A stretch of DNA of 62,608 nt, filler included, from Syncephalis fuscata S228 (Eukaryota > Fungi > Zoopagomycota): the NCBI GenBank assembly GCA_025786725.1. It is 4 parts of 4 records of this genome, joined end to end, with 100 filler letters (N's around TTAATTAATTAA, not from the genome) between each part and the next. Parts side by side here need not be neighbours in the genome. Positions count along the whole stretch, not along the records: positions 14,155 to 30,126 come from JAHLTZ010000206.1; 3 more parts are not named here. The stretch is one strand, 5' to 3'. Positions 14,155 through 26,063 of this stretch are shown here, one piece after another (position 1 is the first letter of the stretch; each line of letters begins with the position of its first letter). The notes beneath the pieces were generated by a model. It had not been told where the DNA came from. It saw nothing but the letters and a program-made list of their open reading frames with translations, and did not search any database. The position numbers and the translations under genes were made by a program.

Positions 14155-14854
14155 AAGTAGAATCGTGATCAGTGCCTAGACTGTGAAATCGGAACAAACT
14201 GTATTCAACATGTAAACTTTGCCATAGTCATACTTGGCTTTTTAGCCATTTAATTGGATGGTTAATTGCTTAATTAGCTTTTGTTATTGCTATTGTTGTT
14301 ATTGTTGTCACATAATCTAGACTACACCTTCTCACCTCGATCTAAACAATCAAACATCGATACTAAAATTATTTTATGTATATCGCCCTAAATTACGATC
14401 AATTGCTGCACGTGTACACCTGCGTATGTTTATGATTTAAGCTGTTGAATTTAAGGGGCTATGATTATTATCTAACAATATCAAGTCAGAGCGTCAAAAG
14501 GAGACCCTTGGAAAACAAAGCTCTTATAAACAAAGTCATTGGCCGATTTCTAATGTAAGGGGGCATAAACAAAACCAAAGGAAAGCTGGGCTGTCCAATC
14601 ACTCGGTGCAAATGGTGGGAGGAGAGCGTGCATTTAACAATATTGTAAACATGTAGCCCATATTAAAGTAATATATAAAGAGTTGACGAAATACGGTAGA
14701 TTATTTGCTATACACCGTCCCTTAAACTTACATCTGGACATCAGTCTATTGTACGTGTCCTACAGCATCTTGTTGTGGCTCTGCTCATAACTGCGTAATT
14801 TAAATTTGCTTTTTATAACTTTATACAGAACTTACTCTATATTATTTTGCCACC

Positions 14855-16924
14855 ATGGTGAGCCAAATCAGCTTGCGTGCCGCCATCGCTTTAGTAGTGT
14901 CGGCCACTACTCTTTGCGGCGCCGCGGTTACTAACATTCCGGAGATAAACTCGGCTATGGCAACAACAATCCCAAAAGTCAACACCGGTAACACGTTTGA
15001 CAAACTACCAACCAACATGCCAGCTGGAGTTGAAGAGGACGAGGCCGTAGAACCAAAGACCTTCAAGATGGTACAGCACCCATCTGCCGACAACGTTGAG
15101 GATGATGCAGTCGAAGAAGCCGAAACTGCTGAAGAAACTGCGTTGCGACGCCTGCTACGATTGGCCACCAAGCCAACCTACACTCGTGCACCAGCCCCGG
15201 CTCCAACGACACGTCCAACGTATGCCCCGGCTCCTAAGCCAACCTATAAGAAGCCATCTCCTCCACCAACTCCTTACAAACCAACCTACAAAAAGCCATC
15301 TCCTCCACCAACTTCTTACGAGCCAACCTATAAGAAGCCATCTCCTCCACCAACCGCTTACGAGCCAACCTACAATGGTCAAAGCCATAATGAGGATACA
15401 GAAAAACCTTACGAACATGGTAAAGAGGAGCATGGTAAAGAGGAGCATGGCAATGAAGAACACGGTCATGAAGAATATGACAATCATGAAGAGCATGGCA
15501 ATGAAAAATACGGCAATCGTGAAGAGCACGGTCATGAGGAACATGGCAAGGAAAAATACGGCAACCGTGAAGAACATGGTCATGAAGAACATGGCAAGGA
15601 AAAATATGGCAATCATGAAGAGCACGGCCATGAAGAGCATAAGCCAGAGTACAAGCCAGAGTATAAGCCAGAGAAGCCAGAGTATAAGCCAGAGTACAAG
15701 CCAGAGTATAAGCCAGAGAAGCCAGAGTATAAGCCAGAGTACAAGCCAGAGTACAAGCCAGAGTATAAGCCAGAGTATAAGCCAGAGTACAAGCCAGAGT
15801 ACAAGCCAGAGTATAAGCCAGAATATAAGCCAGAGTATAAGCCAGAGTACAAGCCAGAGTATAAGCCAGAAACTCCGGAGTACAAACCAGAGTACAAACC
15901 AGAGTATAAGCCAGAATACAAACCAGAATACAAGCCAGAGTATAAGCCAGAAGAATCTTATGGTGGCTATTACTACTCAGCACCTCCTGCTAACTTCCCT
16001 CCTGCTTTCCCTCCTGCTGGCTTCCCACCTTCCTATCCTCCTGCTAACTTCCCTCCTGCCATTCCTCCTGCCGGCTTCCCTCCTGCGCATTACTACAAGC
16101 CAGAGCATAAGCCAGAGTATAAGCCAGAGTATAAGCCAGAATACAAGTCAGCGTACAAGGCGGATTATAAGCCAGAGTATAAGTCAGAAGAATCTTATGG
16201 TGGCTATTACTACTCAGCACCTCCTGCTAACTTCCCTCCTGCTTTCCCTCCTGCTGGCTTCCCACCTTCCTATCCTCCTGCTAACTTCCCTCCTGCCTTC
16301 CCTCCTGCCGGCTTCCCTCCCGCGCATTACTACAAGCCAGAGCACAAGCCGGAGCACAAGCCAGAATACAAGCCAGAATACAAGCCAGAATACAAGCCAG
16401 AATACAAGCCAGAATACAGACCAGAGTACAAGCCAGAGTATAAGCCAGAGTATAAGCCAGAGTATAGACCAGAGCACAAGCCAGAATACAGACCAGAATA
16501 CAGACCAGAATATAAGCCAGAATACAAGCCAGAATACAGACCAGAATACAAGCCAGAGTATAAACCAGAGTATAAACCAGAGCCATATGCTCCAACTCTA
16601 CCAAGCATCTCTAGCAATAGAAAGCCATATGCTGAAATAAACCAGGCAAGTGAACAACATCGTTGTGGCTGGGGAGAGGTTGTAGGCCCATCTTGCGCTT
16701 CTGGGTATAACTGCGTGCACAATCCCAGCATCAGTGTTCAGGGAGTCTGTGCATTGCCAAAAGCAGTCTTCTCTGATGCTGGTGGGCGTTGCAGTAAAAA
16801 TCCAGACGCTGATCGTGGCTGTCTCCCCGGTCTTAGCTGTAAATTTTTAAAATCATCTGACTTACGCGGTATTTGCATGCGTAGTTCTGATCGCTCGGCC
16901 TTAACTAGTTTCTCATCTGCATAA
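14855..16924 (+). CDS. Secreted repetitive Pro/Tyr/Lys/Glu-rich structural or adhesive protein with a C-terminal Cys-rich domain
   Basis: 689-aa intronless ORF with a signal peptide, PTYKKPSPPPT repeats, EEHG repeats, long KPEY/RPEY arrays, a duplicated GGYYY-PPAGFPP block and two 4-Cys C-terminal modules. Confidence 0.85.
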   Translation: MVSQISLRAAIALVVSATTLCGAAVTNIPEINSAMATTIPKVNTGNTFDKLPTNMPAGVEEDEAVEPKTFKMVQHPSADNVEDDAVEEAETAEETALRRLLRLATKPTYTRAPAPAPTTRPTYAPAPKPTYKKPSPPPTPYKPTYKKPSPPPTSYEPTYKKPSPPPTAYEPTYNGQSHNEDTEKPYEHGKEEHGKEEHGNEEHGHEEYDNHEEHGNEKYGNREEHGHEEHGKEKYGNREEHGHEEHGKEKYGNHEEHGHEEHKPEYKPEYKPEKPEYKPEYKPEYKPEKPEYKPEYKPEYKPEYKPEYKPEYKPEYKPEYKPEYKPEYKPEYKPEYKPETPEYKPEYKPEYKPEYKPEYKPEYKPEESYGGYYYSAPPANFPPAFPPAGFPPSYPPANFPPAIPPAGFPPAHYYKPEHKPEYKPEYKPEYKSAYKADYKPEYKSEESYGGYYYSAPPANFPPAFPPAGFPPSYPPANFPPAFPPAGFPPAHYYKPEHKPEHKPEYKPEYKPEYKPEYKPEYRPEYKPEYKPEYKPEYRPEHKPEYRPEYRPEYKPEYKPEYRPEYKPEYKPEYKPEPYAPTLPSISSNRKPYAEINQASEQHRCGWGEVVGPSCASGYNCVHNPSISVQGVCALPKAVFSDAGGRCSKNPDADRGCLPGLSCKFLKSSDLRGICMRSSDRSALTSFSSA
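15641..16583 (+). repeat. 12-bp coding tandem repeat (AAGCCAGARTAY; KPEY) interrupted by two copies of a ~145-bp Pro-rich block
   Basis: Directly visible in the sequence. Confidence 0.95.
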
Positions 16925-18741
16925 CGAATGCAGCTGTTTAAATCTAAATATTCAAGTGGATCCTCTATTATGGCTTGACAGTTTAGAGTGCAATAAACAT
17001 TTTGTTAGCTTGAACACTTGTACAAACAAGGCTTTATATTATTACACTACAAGTATGCAATACTAACAACATAAATAGCTTATTTTATTGGATTCAGCAG
17101 AGTGATAAGTAAATTAAATAGAAATACAATATATACATTATAAGCTACGCTGAATAACAACTTATTGGTAACACGTACAGTACATTAGCTAATTGCTTGT
17201 TCTATGGGTTGCAATTAATTACATATATTAGCACAGCTATTAATGCCGTTTATGATAGCTATAGGTTAATACTTGTATAAACTTAATGTTATATAACATT
17301 ACCACTAACTTGCAACAATACATTACATTAAAGTCGTTTATTAGCAATGGTTTTTGTTTTTATTAATCATTTAATAACATTCGCGCAATTAAATTACATT
17401 TTCGTTCTATTGAACATAGGGACTGGGTGGTGAGTTTTATTAATAATTACATTATTACATATAATGTGATTTGGTGGACAAATGACTAACATTTAATAAT
17501 ATTAAATCTATTAAACATGATGATGGATGGTGAGTGGCATTAATCATCAAATACTCATTATTGTAGATTTATTATTCAGTATACATACATCCACCATTTA
17601 CTTACATCATTCCCATCCCGTTCCACGCTATTATATATCATTTTATGATACACTAGACACATTTTATGCCATATTAGGCACGTTTTGCTCAGTATAGCTT
17701 TTAATAAACTTTATTCATTCCACTTATTGCGTCATATGCACTATACCTTCAACACGCAATTTATACTCGCCCTATTACATATTCTTTCTATCATGTATTA
17801 TTTTATACTCTCCTAGCCTTCCTTTATCCAAAACTGCTTTTATTCTCGCTCTAGCTCTATTATTTGTGAACTTCAGCGTATTTGCTCATCTCGTTCATTA
17901 GTCTATATGCGCTCTGATTTCAACACCGCTAATCGGCTCTCTACTTTGTAGATTCATTCTATTATTTATCATTTTATTATACAATAACTACGCCCTATCC
18001 AGATTTACTGGAGTCAGCGCAATTATAACGATGACAGGTGCACTCATTACTGTATAGTGCAGACTATATGCAGTACACTTGTTTATTTCCATTGCCTTCC
18101 ATTACTTCACACACTATACTCTTTCTTTCTATTTCTTACTTGCAATCTATATTCTTTATCTTCTACATCCCATAACAACTACGACGGTAAGTAGTCCCCA
18201 CTATATGCATGTCACACTTGAGTTAGTCTTTTCTATTATTCGTACCGTCATGCTTGTTTTGTTGCTATTACCCCGCTGAATATGATCTCATTGTCTACAG
18301 TACACAGCTTGTATGTATGCTAGTCATCTACACTATATGCTTTCTTATTTTGCTAATATTTATTGTTTAATGCGCTGCGCTGCTTTATCTCTTGCTACAG
18401 CTATTAAACAACAGCTTGTATATATACACAATATATGCATACACTATTGAATAATAATCTTATTCTATAATTGCATGTAGATTGCATCACACTGCTTACG
18501 TATGTTTTTATTGCTATACACCGAATCATTGATATATAGCTTTTATTGCATTGCACTGATACTGATAATAATAGTAATGGCTGTACTGATAGATTACATA
18601 CATATACTATTATTATTATGTACATGCGTTTGGTTTATGCATGATGCAATCCTATAGCGCATATGTAACCAAATAATCATTTTTGGTAGCTTCTACGTAA
18701 TTGGAAATTACGAACGACTTGCAAAAAACTGCCTCCACTTC

Positions 18742-18859
18742 AACTACGTTCATTGCGCCTAGAAAGCACCGGATCCCGTCCGATCTCCGAAGTTAAGTTA
18801 GGCCGCGCTTCTGTAGTACTGCGGTGGGGGACCACGCGGGAATGAGAAGTAATGTAGTT
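18742..18859 (+). rRNA. 5S rRNA
   Basis: GAAAGCACCGGATCCCGTCCGATCTCCGAAGTTAAG and AGTACTGCGGTGGGGGACCACGCGGGAA internal motifs. Terminal helix AACTACGTT/AATGTAGTT. About 118 nt. Confidence 0.92.
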
Positions 18860-18867
18860 TAAACGAA

Positions 18868-18939
18868 TCCGCATTCGTCTAGTGGTTAGGATATGGCGCT
18901 CTCACCGCCAGGGCCGGGGTTCAATTCCCCGATGCGGAA
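18868..18939 (+). tRNA. tRNA-Glu (anticodon CTC)
   Basis: Acceptor stem TCCGCAT/ATGCGGA, D arm GTCTAGTGGTTAGGAT, anticodon arm TGGCG-CTCTCAC-CGCCA, T arm CGGGG-TTCAATT-CCCCG, followed by TTTT. Confidence 0.95.
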
Positions 18940-19931
18940 TTTTGCTCCAGTTTACTCTTATTTTTGCTGTTTTAAATTGCTTTTTGCTACTGCAGATTGT
19001 TGCGCGAGACAAAAATGGCTTTTTTACGTTTAGATCGCTAAATTAGCAAAAATAATTGTGTAATTTTATTTAATAAATACGACTGTTACAATATTTTACT
19101 TAATTATTATGTCTTATTTTGGAATCATTGCACGTGTATTATAATAAATTAAATAACGCAACAATATAACAGCAACTATTTTGTAATTAAACTAAACGTG
19201 TAATAGTTTTAAATTGAATTATAATAATCAACTAAAATGTTGTAATATTGTAGCTGTAATAAATGTAATTATTAAATCAACACCAGCATGAATAAAACAA
19301 TAATAGCTTGTTAGAATAATTAATGCACTAGGTATTTAGAATATACAGTTTATTTGTTTGTCAACAGCCTAATGTATACTTTATTTGATTACTATTGTTT
19401 TGAATATGAATAGATAATGAATAGTGTTTGTATTTTATCATTTAAACAGCTAGTGCAGTATCGGTAGTAATAATAATAGTAGCAATGCAAGGACTAGCTG
19501 ACGTTGACCTCGTTAAAGTCAGTAGCCAAAGTAAGGCCTATTTAATAATTAGATTAAGTTTCAACAAATGATATCGCTTGTTGACGACGTGGGCGCGGCA
19601 GGGGAAGCACGATTCTATCGATCCAGCTGTAACAGCAGTATATACACTGTGACGTGTCATCAAGTGGCTTGTCTAGCAAACAACTGCCTTAATGGGAAAT
19701 ATACTATAAGCACGCTCATTGGACGGCCAAAGATATAAGAAGCCAAGGTAGAACGTATCGCATTGTTCACCCCCTATTGTTCATCTATCTATCTATCTAC
19801 TATCTACTATCTACTATCCACTATCTACTAGCTTTTCCTTAAATACGCAACATTTCATTTGTGTAGTATTGCTACTCTATTCTCTTTTCTATTTCCTTAA
19901 AACACCAAATTACTGCTAGTTATTGACTACA

Positions 19932-20231
19932 ATGACTGCCACATATTCCAAAGCTGATATTAAGCGGCACAATGACTCTGGCAAGCTATTGATTATTATT
20001 GATGGCCGAGTCTATGATTTAACCGAATTTGCAAATGACGTATGTGCTTATTTCCGAATAAACAAATAAGAACAAACTAACGTACAATTATAATAATAGC
20101 ACCCTGGTGGCGACGATATTCTTAGAGAACATACAAACATGGATGCTACCGAAGCGTTCAACGACGTTGGCCATCCTAAAGAAGTGCTAAAAGAACGAGA
20201 AGATTTTTTTATTGGGAACTATAAAGGCTAA
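19932..20231 (+). CDS. Small soluble cytochrome b5 (2 exons, no membrane anchor)
   Basis: [35 protein letters not shown] heme-binding motif. Intron at 20040-20099. Confidence 0.9.
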
Positions 20232-20536
20232 ACTGGCGACTTGCCAACCAGTTACTTTATTTGATGCTATAAATATATTAAATTAAAGCTGCTTCCAAGC
20301 GCGTACAGCAAATATTGTGTGTTTATTAAAATGGAAATGGTCTAAAGCCTTTAATAATAATAATAATAATAATAATAATAGCCTACTATGTCACCACAGT
20401 ATTATTGTTATCGCTTTTACCTTTTTGTATTTCATTGTATTACTGACTGAATTTAAATATTACGCACAAACCTGTGTCTTTTATTCATTCTCTTCTGCTT
20501 CTTTACTGTTCGCGGTCGTTATCTGCAGTGTACGTC

Positions 20537-22071
20537 ATGCCTAACGTGCCTAATCATACTTTACGAGGTATTTAACCTTAGTGTTTGGCAAGCTGTTTTG
20601 TTTTGACTGTACCTGTCTATTTAGCAAATCAGTGGCAAACGCCATCGCCCGATCGTTCATTTGAACAAGAGCACGGACGTACGTTTACTCCTCGTATATC
20701 CGGGCCTTTCGACTATGACGATGACAATTTTTCGGTAAGAGGCGATCCGGACGACCAATATTCGGAAGAACCGTTACTGGACCAACTTGGCTATCCGCCC
20801 CATGATGATATGGAACGTGGTAACTAGCTGGACAATATACTACCATTTAGTTCAGATTAATCTTAATGCTGTCAACTGTATTTTGATAGAAATGAGCCTT
20901 TGTACACGATATGCCAGACTCTTTCGTGCTTTCCTGTTTGTTCTTTTGATCAGTGGTGTAGTTGTATTTGTAGCATTCAAGGTAGGCAACACGGCTGTTA
21001 TTAGATAGCACGAGTAATAAGTACATAATGACATTTAATACAGGAGAACAACGATCGTTTATTTAATACATGTTCAATGGCCGATGAACTGCATCCTGGC
21101 TCTGGAAGCTATACACATGATGCAAGGGATATTAAAGGAATTGTTATTGAAGTTGATGGTGCATCAGCTGTAAGTATTTTAGTTGCCATTTAGTATGTAG
21201 TTATTTAAACACGGTAAAACATAGACATCATTTGTACGTATTCGCTCAAGGGAAGTACAAGAACAAGATCAAGGTGTTCCTACGTTGACTGTGCATGCTA
21301 AAGTGCTGGTCTCTAACACACTGCTGGTTGAACGTACCCGCGTCAGAACGAGCCGAGATGGCAATATATTTATGATGCACGTTGATGTAAATAACCGGCC
21401 ATAATGACGACTTTACACCACTAATGGCTATTTGCATTAGGTACCAAAACAATATTTGTTTTATAAATGTGTACGCACTGAAATTGAGCTTGTATTGCCG
21501 CGAATATCACCGGCACTACATGTGCTACGTCTTGAGATGACCAACGCCGATATCACTATGGATCCATCGGCAATTCATGCCAAAATTGAAAACTTTGATA
21601 TTTATGCACAAAATGCTCGTGTATCATTAGATGTAAGTAAAATAGGTGCCTTTTTATTAATGATCACTAATGCCACACATATCATTATAGTCATTAAATG
21701 CAACTGCTGCAGCTGTTGGTGTTCACCGTGGCTCGTTAAACGCTACCATTTGGGGACCAGAGATTGTACACATGAATGTGGCCCAAGGCCCTGTAAATAT
21801 CTCCATTCCAACCTATGGAAGTACGCAGCCTACAGTACGTGCCGAAAGTACTGATGGCCAGGTAACAGTCCATATGGGTACCGGGTTTGCCGGATGGTTT
21901 GTTGCATCGGCCTATCGTGCTGTAGCCGCGGTTCGATCGGCTCTTAATACCCGAATTAGTCTACATACAACTGCACTGCAGTTGAAGACGGGATGGTGCG
22001 GCTACTCGGGGGGAGAAGGCCGCATTGAGGCCGATTCCATGACAGAAAGCGTGGGGATCTCATTTTCTTAA
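20537..22071 (+). CDS. Hypothetical single-pass membrane protein with a C-terminal beta-rich (DUF4097/adhesin-like) region, multi-exon
   Basis: Chain of ORFs linked by GT-AG introns, one TM segment (FLFVLLISGVVVFVAF) and repeated beta-strand-like motifs (VNISIP, VRAESTDGQVTV, IEADSMTESVGISFS). Confidence 0.55.
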
Positions 22072-22905
22072 ATTAAAGAGCTATTGAACTTTGAACCCCT
22101 ATTCTTAAACTGGGGACAAAAGATCTATAACTCGAATATTAAGCCGCCAATTACTTTTTGATACTGAGAATTGCTATTTGTTGAAGCGGCGCTATATCCG
22201 ATTAATTCAAGTGAAGCTGAATCAGTCCACACTATTTCAATATCCAATATTAGTGTTAATAAATGTTAAATAGTATCTCATGTTACTTACAATAAAATAT
22301 GATAAATAGATAAATGATAGCAATGAATAAATAATAATCTATATTGTTGTTATTGTAAAATACTTAAATTATTATAATTTGATATTTAATGCCACTCACC
22401 ATCGATTATATGTTCAATAGATCAAATAGTATTAAAATTAAAGGTTAAAATGAAATGGTACATAGTATGTATATATTAGCGCAACGGCACTAGCACAATC
22501 AAATATAACAATTAACTAGATAATTATTGATATCATTGCTAAAATAACTAGCATGATTGTAATTGTAGTGAATGTAACTCATTGTAATATGTTAATATTC
22601 AATCAATCTTTCTACACATAACTAACAATAACAATGCTCGACCTTGAATGTTCCAATAAATCAAATAGTGTGTTACATTCTTCATTTAAAACAATTTATT
22701 AATAGCATTTTAATAAGAAGCAATATAATTATATTGCTTATAACAATAGCATGGCTTCAATTGGAACGAATTTTACTTTGGAAACTCAAAATAGAAGGTA
22801 CAAAGTAAAATTAATATTAATTAATAAGTCAAGTTTACCATTTTGCCTTTCTTTCGCGCTTTAGTTTGTTACCGCTTTTACTGATTTTAATCTTCAGACG
22901 GCAAT

Positions 22906-24617
22906 ATGTCGTCACAATTTACTAGCGGAACGCTTAAACAGGATGGACCGCTAGCATCAGTAGTCGTTAATGATATCCACGAGGCTACCACTGACGACGA
23001 TGACGCGAGTATAAGTGATTTTGCTAAAGACTTGAGTCGTCATCGTCGTCTACAAACAACACCTCATTATAGCGAGAAGACTGAGCGTAATTGCTGGTCT
23101 AATGGCATGGAAATATGGCATGCACAAATGACCAATATATTCTTTATTCTTTGTTGGTAAGTAGATGAGTGTTGTTATGATATCTAGACTAGACAAATGA
23201 CCGGGCCATTTGCCAATTATTCTTTATAGGTACACACTGTCTACATTTCTATCTCTTTATAACAAATGGATGTTTGATCCAAACAAGTATGGATTCCACT
23301 ATCCGCTGTATACAACTAGCATGCATCAGATTATTCAGTTTGTATTATCACTGATCTGTCTTGCAATATGGCCACATTTACGTCCTCGTCATATGATGGG
23401 TGTCAGGGAGTTTTGGTAATATTTATTAATAAGTTACATAGACTCATCGGCTAATAGTTGCTTTATTATTTGTCTAGTAAACGTGTGGTGCCATGCGCTG
23501 TGGCCACCGGCTTGGATATTGGCCTTTCAAACTCTAGTCTAAAAACCATTACGTTATCGTTTTATAGTAGGTTATGGAAGAGTAATTGTATTTATCAAAT
23601 AACTAATCAATTTGATAGCCATGTGTAAATCATCTAGTTTAGCATTTGTTTTGATATTTGCATTTATATTTCGGCTGGAGCAGCCGCGGCTATCGTTGGT
23701 GGCCGTCATCTCTATTATTTCAATCGGCGTTTTAATGATGGTGTCAAGCGAGACGGATTTCGAGCTTACAGGGTAATTAGTTGGCTTGCTATTGCGATCG
23801 ATAGGTTAAATAGTGGTAGATTTATTCAAGTTATGCTTGCATCATTAATGGGTGGTCTACGCTGGTCACTCACTCAGATGCTTTTACGTCCAAAAGCATC
23901 ACAAGCGATGTCATCGGCATCCCATCAACAAATTGAGCCATCGGATGATCGTCGTTTATCTGTAAGCTCCAATAGACCGGGTAATGCGCGTGGACATGGA
24001 CACCAACATCCGGTGGCATCAGTAATGCTACTTTCTCCGGTCATGGCCGTGTGTCTACTGGTTGTAGCCATTTGTCTCGAGCATAGTATGTTCTCTTCGG
24101 TCTATTTCACATCTTTCTGGACTACCATACGTACTATTGGCTATATGTCGTTGGGCGGGTTTATTGCATTTCTTATGGTGGTATCCGAGTTTATTGTTAT
24201 TCGTAGGATCGGTGTTGTTACCCTTTCAGTATGCGGTATCGTTAAAGTAAGTAGTCGTAGTTGAAATTTGTTGATACGCTATTTAATCTTTACTGTGTGT
24301 ATTAGGAAGTGCTGACGATCGTCCTGTCGACACTAATCTTTGGTGATCGTTTAACACTAATTAACATTGTTGGTCTAGGCGTGACCATGATCGGTATTGG
24401 CATGTACAATTGGCTTAAGATTCGGCAGCAAGCCGCGGAAGATGAGGCTGCTTATGTCGAGGGATATCGACAGGTAGTTGAACGGACATTTGGTGAAGAT
24501 GCTGTGTATTTTGCAACTGCAGATGCACTCGACGAGGACGATAGTGACTACAACGATGATGTAGAGCTACCGATAAAGCTTGCTGACCGTAGACACGTTC
24601 CACAGGGCGATGTTTGA
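22906..24617 (+). CDS. Triose-phosphate/nucleotide-sugar transporter family protein (SLC35C2-like), multi-exon
   Basis: [66 protein letters not shown] and [14 protein letters not shown]. Confidence 0.9.
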
Positions 24618-25016
24618 CCTTGTCACGGTTCCAAATGGTTAATTTGCATTATTCAATGAACATTGTGGTTTAAACTGTGTTCACTAGCATTGTTTTGTTA
24701 TTGATTTTAATTTTTAGGTAAAATAGAATGTTATATTTTGTAAATAGTTAAGATTAATTTAATTTACTGATACTATTTTATTTTTATAGAGTTTAAAAGC
24801 AAAATTTTATATTATACATGAGCAACGCAAAAGTGTATGCGTTGAATTTAGATAGGCCTATCAGCAAATAATAATAATAATATTGATTCTAATAAAACTG
24901 TTCAACATTATAATCATTTTCTTGATAGTAGCTAAGTGAGAGGAAAATGAAAATGGTTGCTTAGTTAAACAACTCTTATAAATGTGTAAATGTGTAAAGG
25001 TGCAGATGTAAGATGA

Positions 25017-26063
25017 TTAATATTTTGCTGGGCGGAAATATTCAAATGTTTGTCGATTGGTGTTTGCTATGCCGATGAGTCCTGCATCTCGACTGAGTGG
25101 ACGACCATAAATCGGTGCCTCAAGTGTTGCCGATCTAAGCGTGCCTGGTAGTGTGCTTTCACCAAATACTATTGGACCGCCAGTAGAGACTCGTAGTAAT
25201 GTGTTTTTTTCTATGCTTAGTTGCCGTTCTTTTTCTCTCATTTCATATTTGCCATCATTCCTTAGCATTAAACAAATAAAAGTTGAGGTAATGGCCGCTA
25301 TCAAATGACAGACATTGTTAGACCAATGACTAATAATGTCTATTTCATGTAACTTACATTCTGCTGCAAATAAGCTGTTATTATAGTTGCCATTCGAGTT
25401 CCAGATGGCCATCATTGTGACGATGATTCCCGTCAATGTGACGTATAATGCAGTCGGTATTCCTTCCTTTATTACTATGCTATTTGGTGACAAGTTGTCT
25501 GACTCGCTTATAATTGTCTTTAACGTGCTAAAGTAAATGCCCGAAAAGGTAATTAAAACAAATAGATAAGTAAAAAGTCTGGTTATAAGCCATTCTGGAT
25601 CATGACGAATAATGCAGGTCCGTTCGGCGTGCACTTCTATTCTTGCCTCGGTATAATAGCCTATGCCTATGTAGATGCTGACCGACATCCAGACTAGACA
25701 TAGAAAATAGATAATCTTGCTATGCGGAGAGCTGCGTAAGGTTCGCTGAAATAGTGAGCCGGTAATAGTGAACGTGCAAAGGATCATTGATATGATGCAG
25801 CCCAACATTCTACTTTTGCATTCAACATTGAATATGTCTGTTTTTTGTAAAAGAATGATCATAGAATGTACAGCACCAAACGCTGCTTCCAATAGGAAGG
25901 CAGTTGTTAAAAGACGTAGTCCTTGCTGGCGCACCATTTTAAACATCATCCATCCGTTGGCGAGATGGCGAAGTAGTATGAGGTATGTAACTGCTGTGGT
26001 CAGAAACATATAAAGTAATATCTCATGCGAAATGGAAATATCATCATCGTTGTAGTCTTCCAT
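25017..26063 (-). CDS. Multi-pass (probably 7-TM, GPCR-like) membrane protein
   Basis: 348-aa ORF with about 7 hydrophobic helices, Cys residues at the TM3 start and in the loop before TM5, and a probable in-frame intron at about 25298-25357. Confidence 0.6.
   Translation of the reverse strand: MEDYNDDDISISHEILLYMFLTTAVTYLILLRHLANGWMMFKMVRQQGLRLLTTAFLLEAAFGAVHSMIILLQKTDIFNVECKSRMLGCIISMILCTFTITGSLFQRTLRSSPHSKIIYFLCLVWMSVSIYIGIGYYTEARIEVHAERTCIIRHDPEWLITRLFTYLFVLITFSGIYFSTLKTIISESDNLSPNSIVIKEGIPTALYVTLTGIIVTMMAIWNSNGNYNNSLFAAECKLHEIDIISHWSNNVCHLIAAITSTFICLMLRNDGKYEMREKERQLSIEKNTLLRVSTGGPIVFGESTLPGTLRSATLEAPIYGRPLSRDAGLIGIANTNRQTFEYFRPAKY

Noticed and set aside
15096-16731. Long alternative-frame and antisense ORFs (SQST, LAYT, YSGL repeats)
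   Set aside because: These are shadows of the 12-bp KPEY repeat, which lacks stops in several frames.
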